64,000 nt of DNA from IMG/VR virus record IMGVR_UViG_3300028908_000005, positions 27,977 through 91,976 of that record, one strand, 5' to 3'. How positions within the stretch are numbered: position 1 is the first letter of the stretch; each line of letters opens with the position of its first letter. Below the pieces are notes generated by a model that had not been told where the DNA came from, searched no databases, and saw only the letters and a program-made list of their open reading frames with translations. The DNA is from a virus. The translations under genes were made by a program, and so were the position numbers. Below are positions 62,377 through 64,000 of this stretch, piece by piece.

Positions 62377-64000
62377 TCGATAACCTCCATTAGAGTTTGA
62401 CCAGTAAGTTCTTCAACGAGAGCAACGAGCTTCTCCATGTTGACTCGTTTCGTTATACCCGTCTTAGTGTTATGAGAAAAGAATACCCACTCGCCTGTTT
62501 CTGGATCGTGCGGCGATAGTTGGGTTACGTTGCCTGCTTCGTCGCAAGCAAATAGCTCGACTGTTCCTGATACATCTTTGGCGTAGAGGCCAGCGGTGTC
62601 TGCTCCAAGTGTTGGATCTGCAGCATTGTCGCCAAGGACTAGGACTTTGCCGGAGTTAGCGGTAGGTTTTGTTGTCGTACCAATAAGCGTATCTGAGTTT
62701 AAGTTGATAGATTTACCACTATCGACAGTCAAACTAAGATCAGAATAAAGACAGCGGAAAAGATCGCGTTCCAGGTACGATGCACCTAAATATAATCTGT
62801 TATTCACATATACCGCACACCAATACGCGCCTGCAGAGGTCGCATATGTTTGAATATGAAAAACCCTGTGCGTTAAGGCCCAACATTCTATTGCGTGTGC
62901 AGAATTATAACCATCTATTGGATTGCTGATTTTTAATCCCACATCGCCGTCTACTGGTGTTTCTATATTCAATGTGCCGCTGCTATCAATTGACACATTC
63001 TGAGTGTCTAGCGATGACGAGTCACTGGTTCTGAAAGTGATGCTACCGCCGACACCTGCTTGGTCGATGTAGCTCGTACCGCCAGCATTATTGAACTCGA
63101 CAGTGTTGTTCGAAATGTCTGTCCAATAAGCTTCGCTGTCGTTTCCGACCCGCACACTTCTATTACCGCCTGTTATAGAAAAAACAGCAACATTTGGCGT
63201 CACTGACGTGTCCATAAAGCGGAAATTCGCAGCCCACTCCCCAAAATAAGACACATCTCCACCACTCCCAGAACTGTAGAAATATGACGCAGATGATCCA
63301 GTGCGGAAGTAAATTCTATTAGTATCGCCCCCAAGATTATCGCCGATATGCAAGCTGCCAGAGGTGCTGATTGTCCTATTAAATGAGATCCCACCATAAC
63401 CGGTGTAAATGCGCATATAATCCTTCGCATAAATAACTAAATCGTTTTGGCCAGCACCAATAATTTGCGAAGAATCAATATACGAACCGCCAATAAAATC
63501 AATCCTTCCTGGCGTCCCTGAAGAAGCTGCCCCAACACCAAGACCATTATTAAATTCTACATTACCGGCACTATCAATCGTCATCGCCGTCGTGTCTAGC
63601 GATGATGCGTTGCTTACACGCAATGACAACGAACCACCGACACCCGCTTGGTCGATAAACGATGCCGCCCCTGCGTTGTGGAACACGACATGGTTGTTAT
63701 CCATGCTGGTGTAGTACGTGTCTGCAGACTTACCAATCTGGAACGTACCACTCATGTTCAGTTCTGTTTCAGGGTCCAAATACCCAAACCCTGTGTAACC
63801 GCCGGACGTGACGAAAATACGCATCGCGTTATTTGTACGTATCTCGACACCGTGTGCCGTCCTGGCACCGAGCACCACTGACCCATTACCAGCAGAATAG
63901 CCAAGCAACCCAGTTATTGTTGATGAGCCCCACCATACCTCACCGTTGTAGACTTGCAATTTGGCACTTGGGTTTTCTATGCCAATACCAACAGGACCGT
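62373..64000 (-). CDS. Tail fibre protein, N-terminus outside the window
   Basis: VGIG..P..KLQV-type fibre repeats and two internal copies of NN.V.F.NAG..S.IDQAGVGGS...R.S..SSLDT. Confidence 0.8.
   Translation of the reverse strand, partial: GPVGIGIENPSAKLQVYNGEVWWGSSTITGLLGYSAGNGSVVLGARTAHGVEIRTNNAMRIFVTSGGYTGFGYLDPETELNMSGTFQIGKSADTYYTSMDNNHVVFHNAGAASFIDQAGVGGSLSLRVSNASSLDTTAMTIDSAGNVEFNNGLGVGAASSGTPGRIDFIGGSYIDSSQIIGAGQNDLVIYAKDYMRIYTGYGGISFNRTISTSGSLHIGDNLGGDTNRIYFRTGSSASYFYSSGSGGDVSYFGEWAANFRFMDTSVTPNVAVFSITGGNRSVRVGNDSEAYWTDISNNTVEFNNAGGTSYIDQAGVGGSITFRTSDSSSLDTQNVSIDSSGTLNIETPVDGDVGLKISNPIDGYNSAHAIECWALTHRVFHIQTYATSAGAYWCAVYVNNRLYLGASYLERDLFRCLYSDLSLTVDSGKSINLNSDTLIGTTTKPTANSGKVLVLGDNAADPTLGADTAGLYAKDVSGTVELFACDEAGNVTQLSPHDPETGEWVFFSHNTKTGITKRVNMEKLVALVEELTGQTLMEVIE

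Noticed and set aside
60251-64000. Diversity-generating retroelement acting on the fibre or LamG genes
   Set aside because: No reverse transcriptase and no adenine-specific TR/VR pair were seen; the fibre repeats differ at all base types.
1-64000. tRNA/rRNA genes, major capsid protein, DNA polymerase, integrase
   Set aside because: None recognised by eye; the intergenic gaps show no cloverleaf or T-loop consensus.

Overview
This 64 kb window looks like part of a large tailed-phage genome. It is GC-rich and densely coding, almost all on the minus strand. Identifiable genes include an intein-split GpA-type terminase, a probable portal, tail/baseplate and fibre genes, SbcCD, RuvC, RNase H, CsrA, a Tad1-like anti-defence sponge, and a heptose/glycosyltransferase set (HldE, GT9, three GT-A enzymes). 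The standout is 8.4-10.8 kb. A solitary ~197-aa RAMP/Cas7-like gene is followed directly by a 1.8-kb non-coding array in which 12 conserved hairpins (11-bp stem, 8-nt loop) separate 13 tracts of phased GGY-NN pentamers. This is a candidate CRISPR-like but non-CRISPR RNA-guided system whose variable information sits in the NN dinucleotides. Other oddities are a LAGLIDADG endonuclease encoded in the +1 frame inside an uninterrupted intein, twin hairpins whose loops are exact reverse complements in an AT-rich gap, and a 12-bp palindrome (GTATCCGGATAC) seen six times. All protein calls come from motif recognition by eye; no database search was run.
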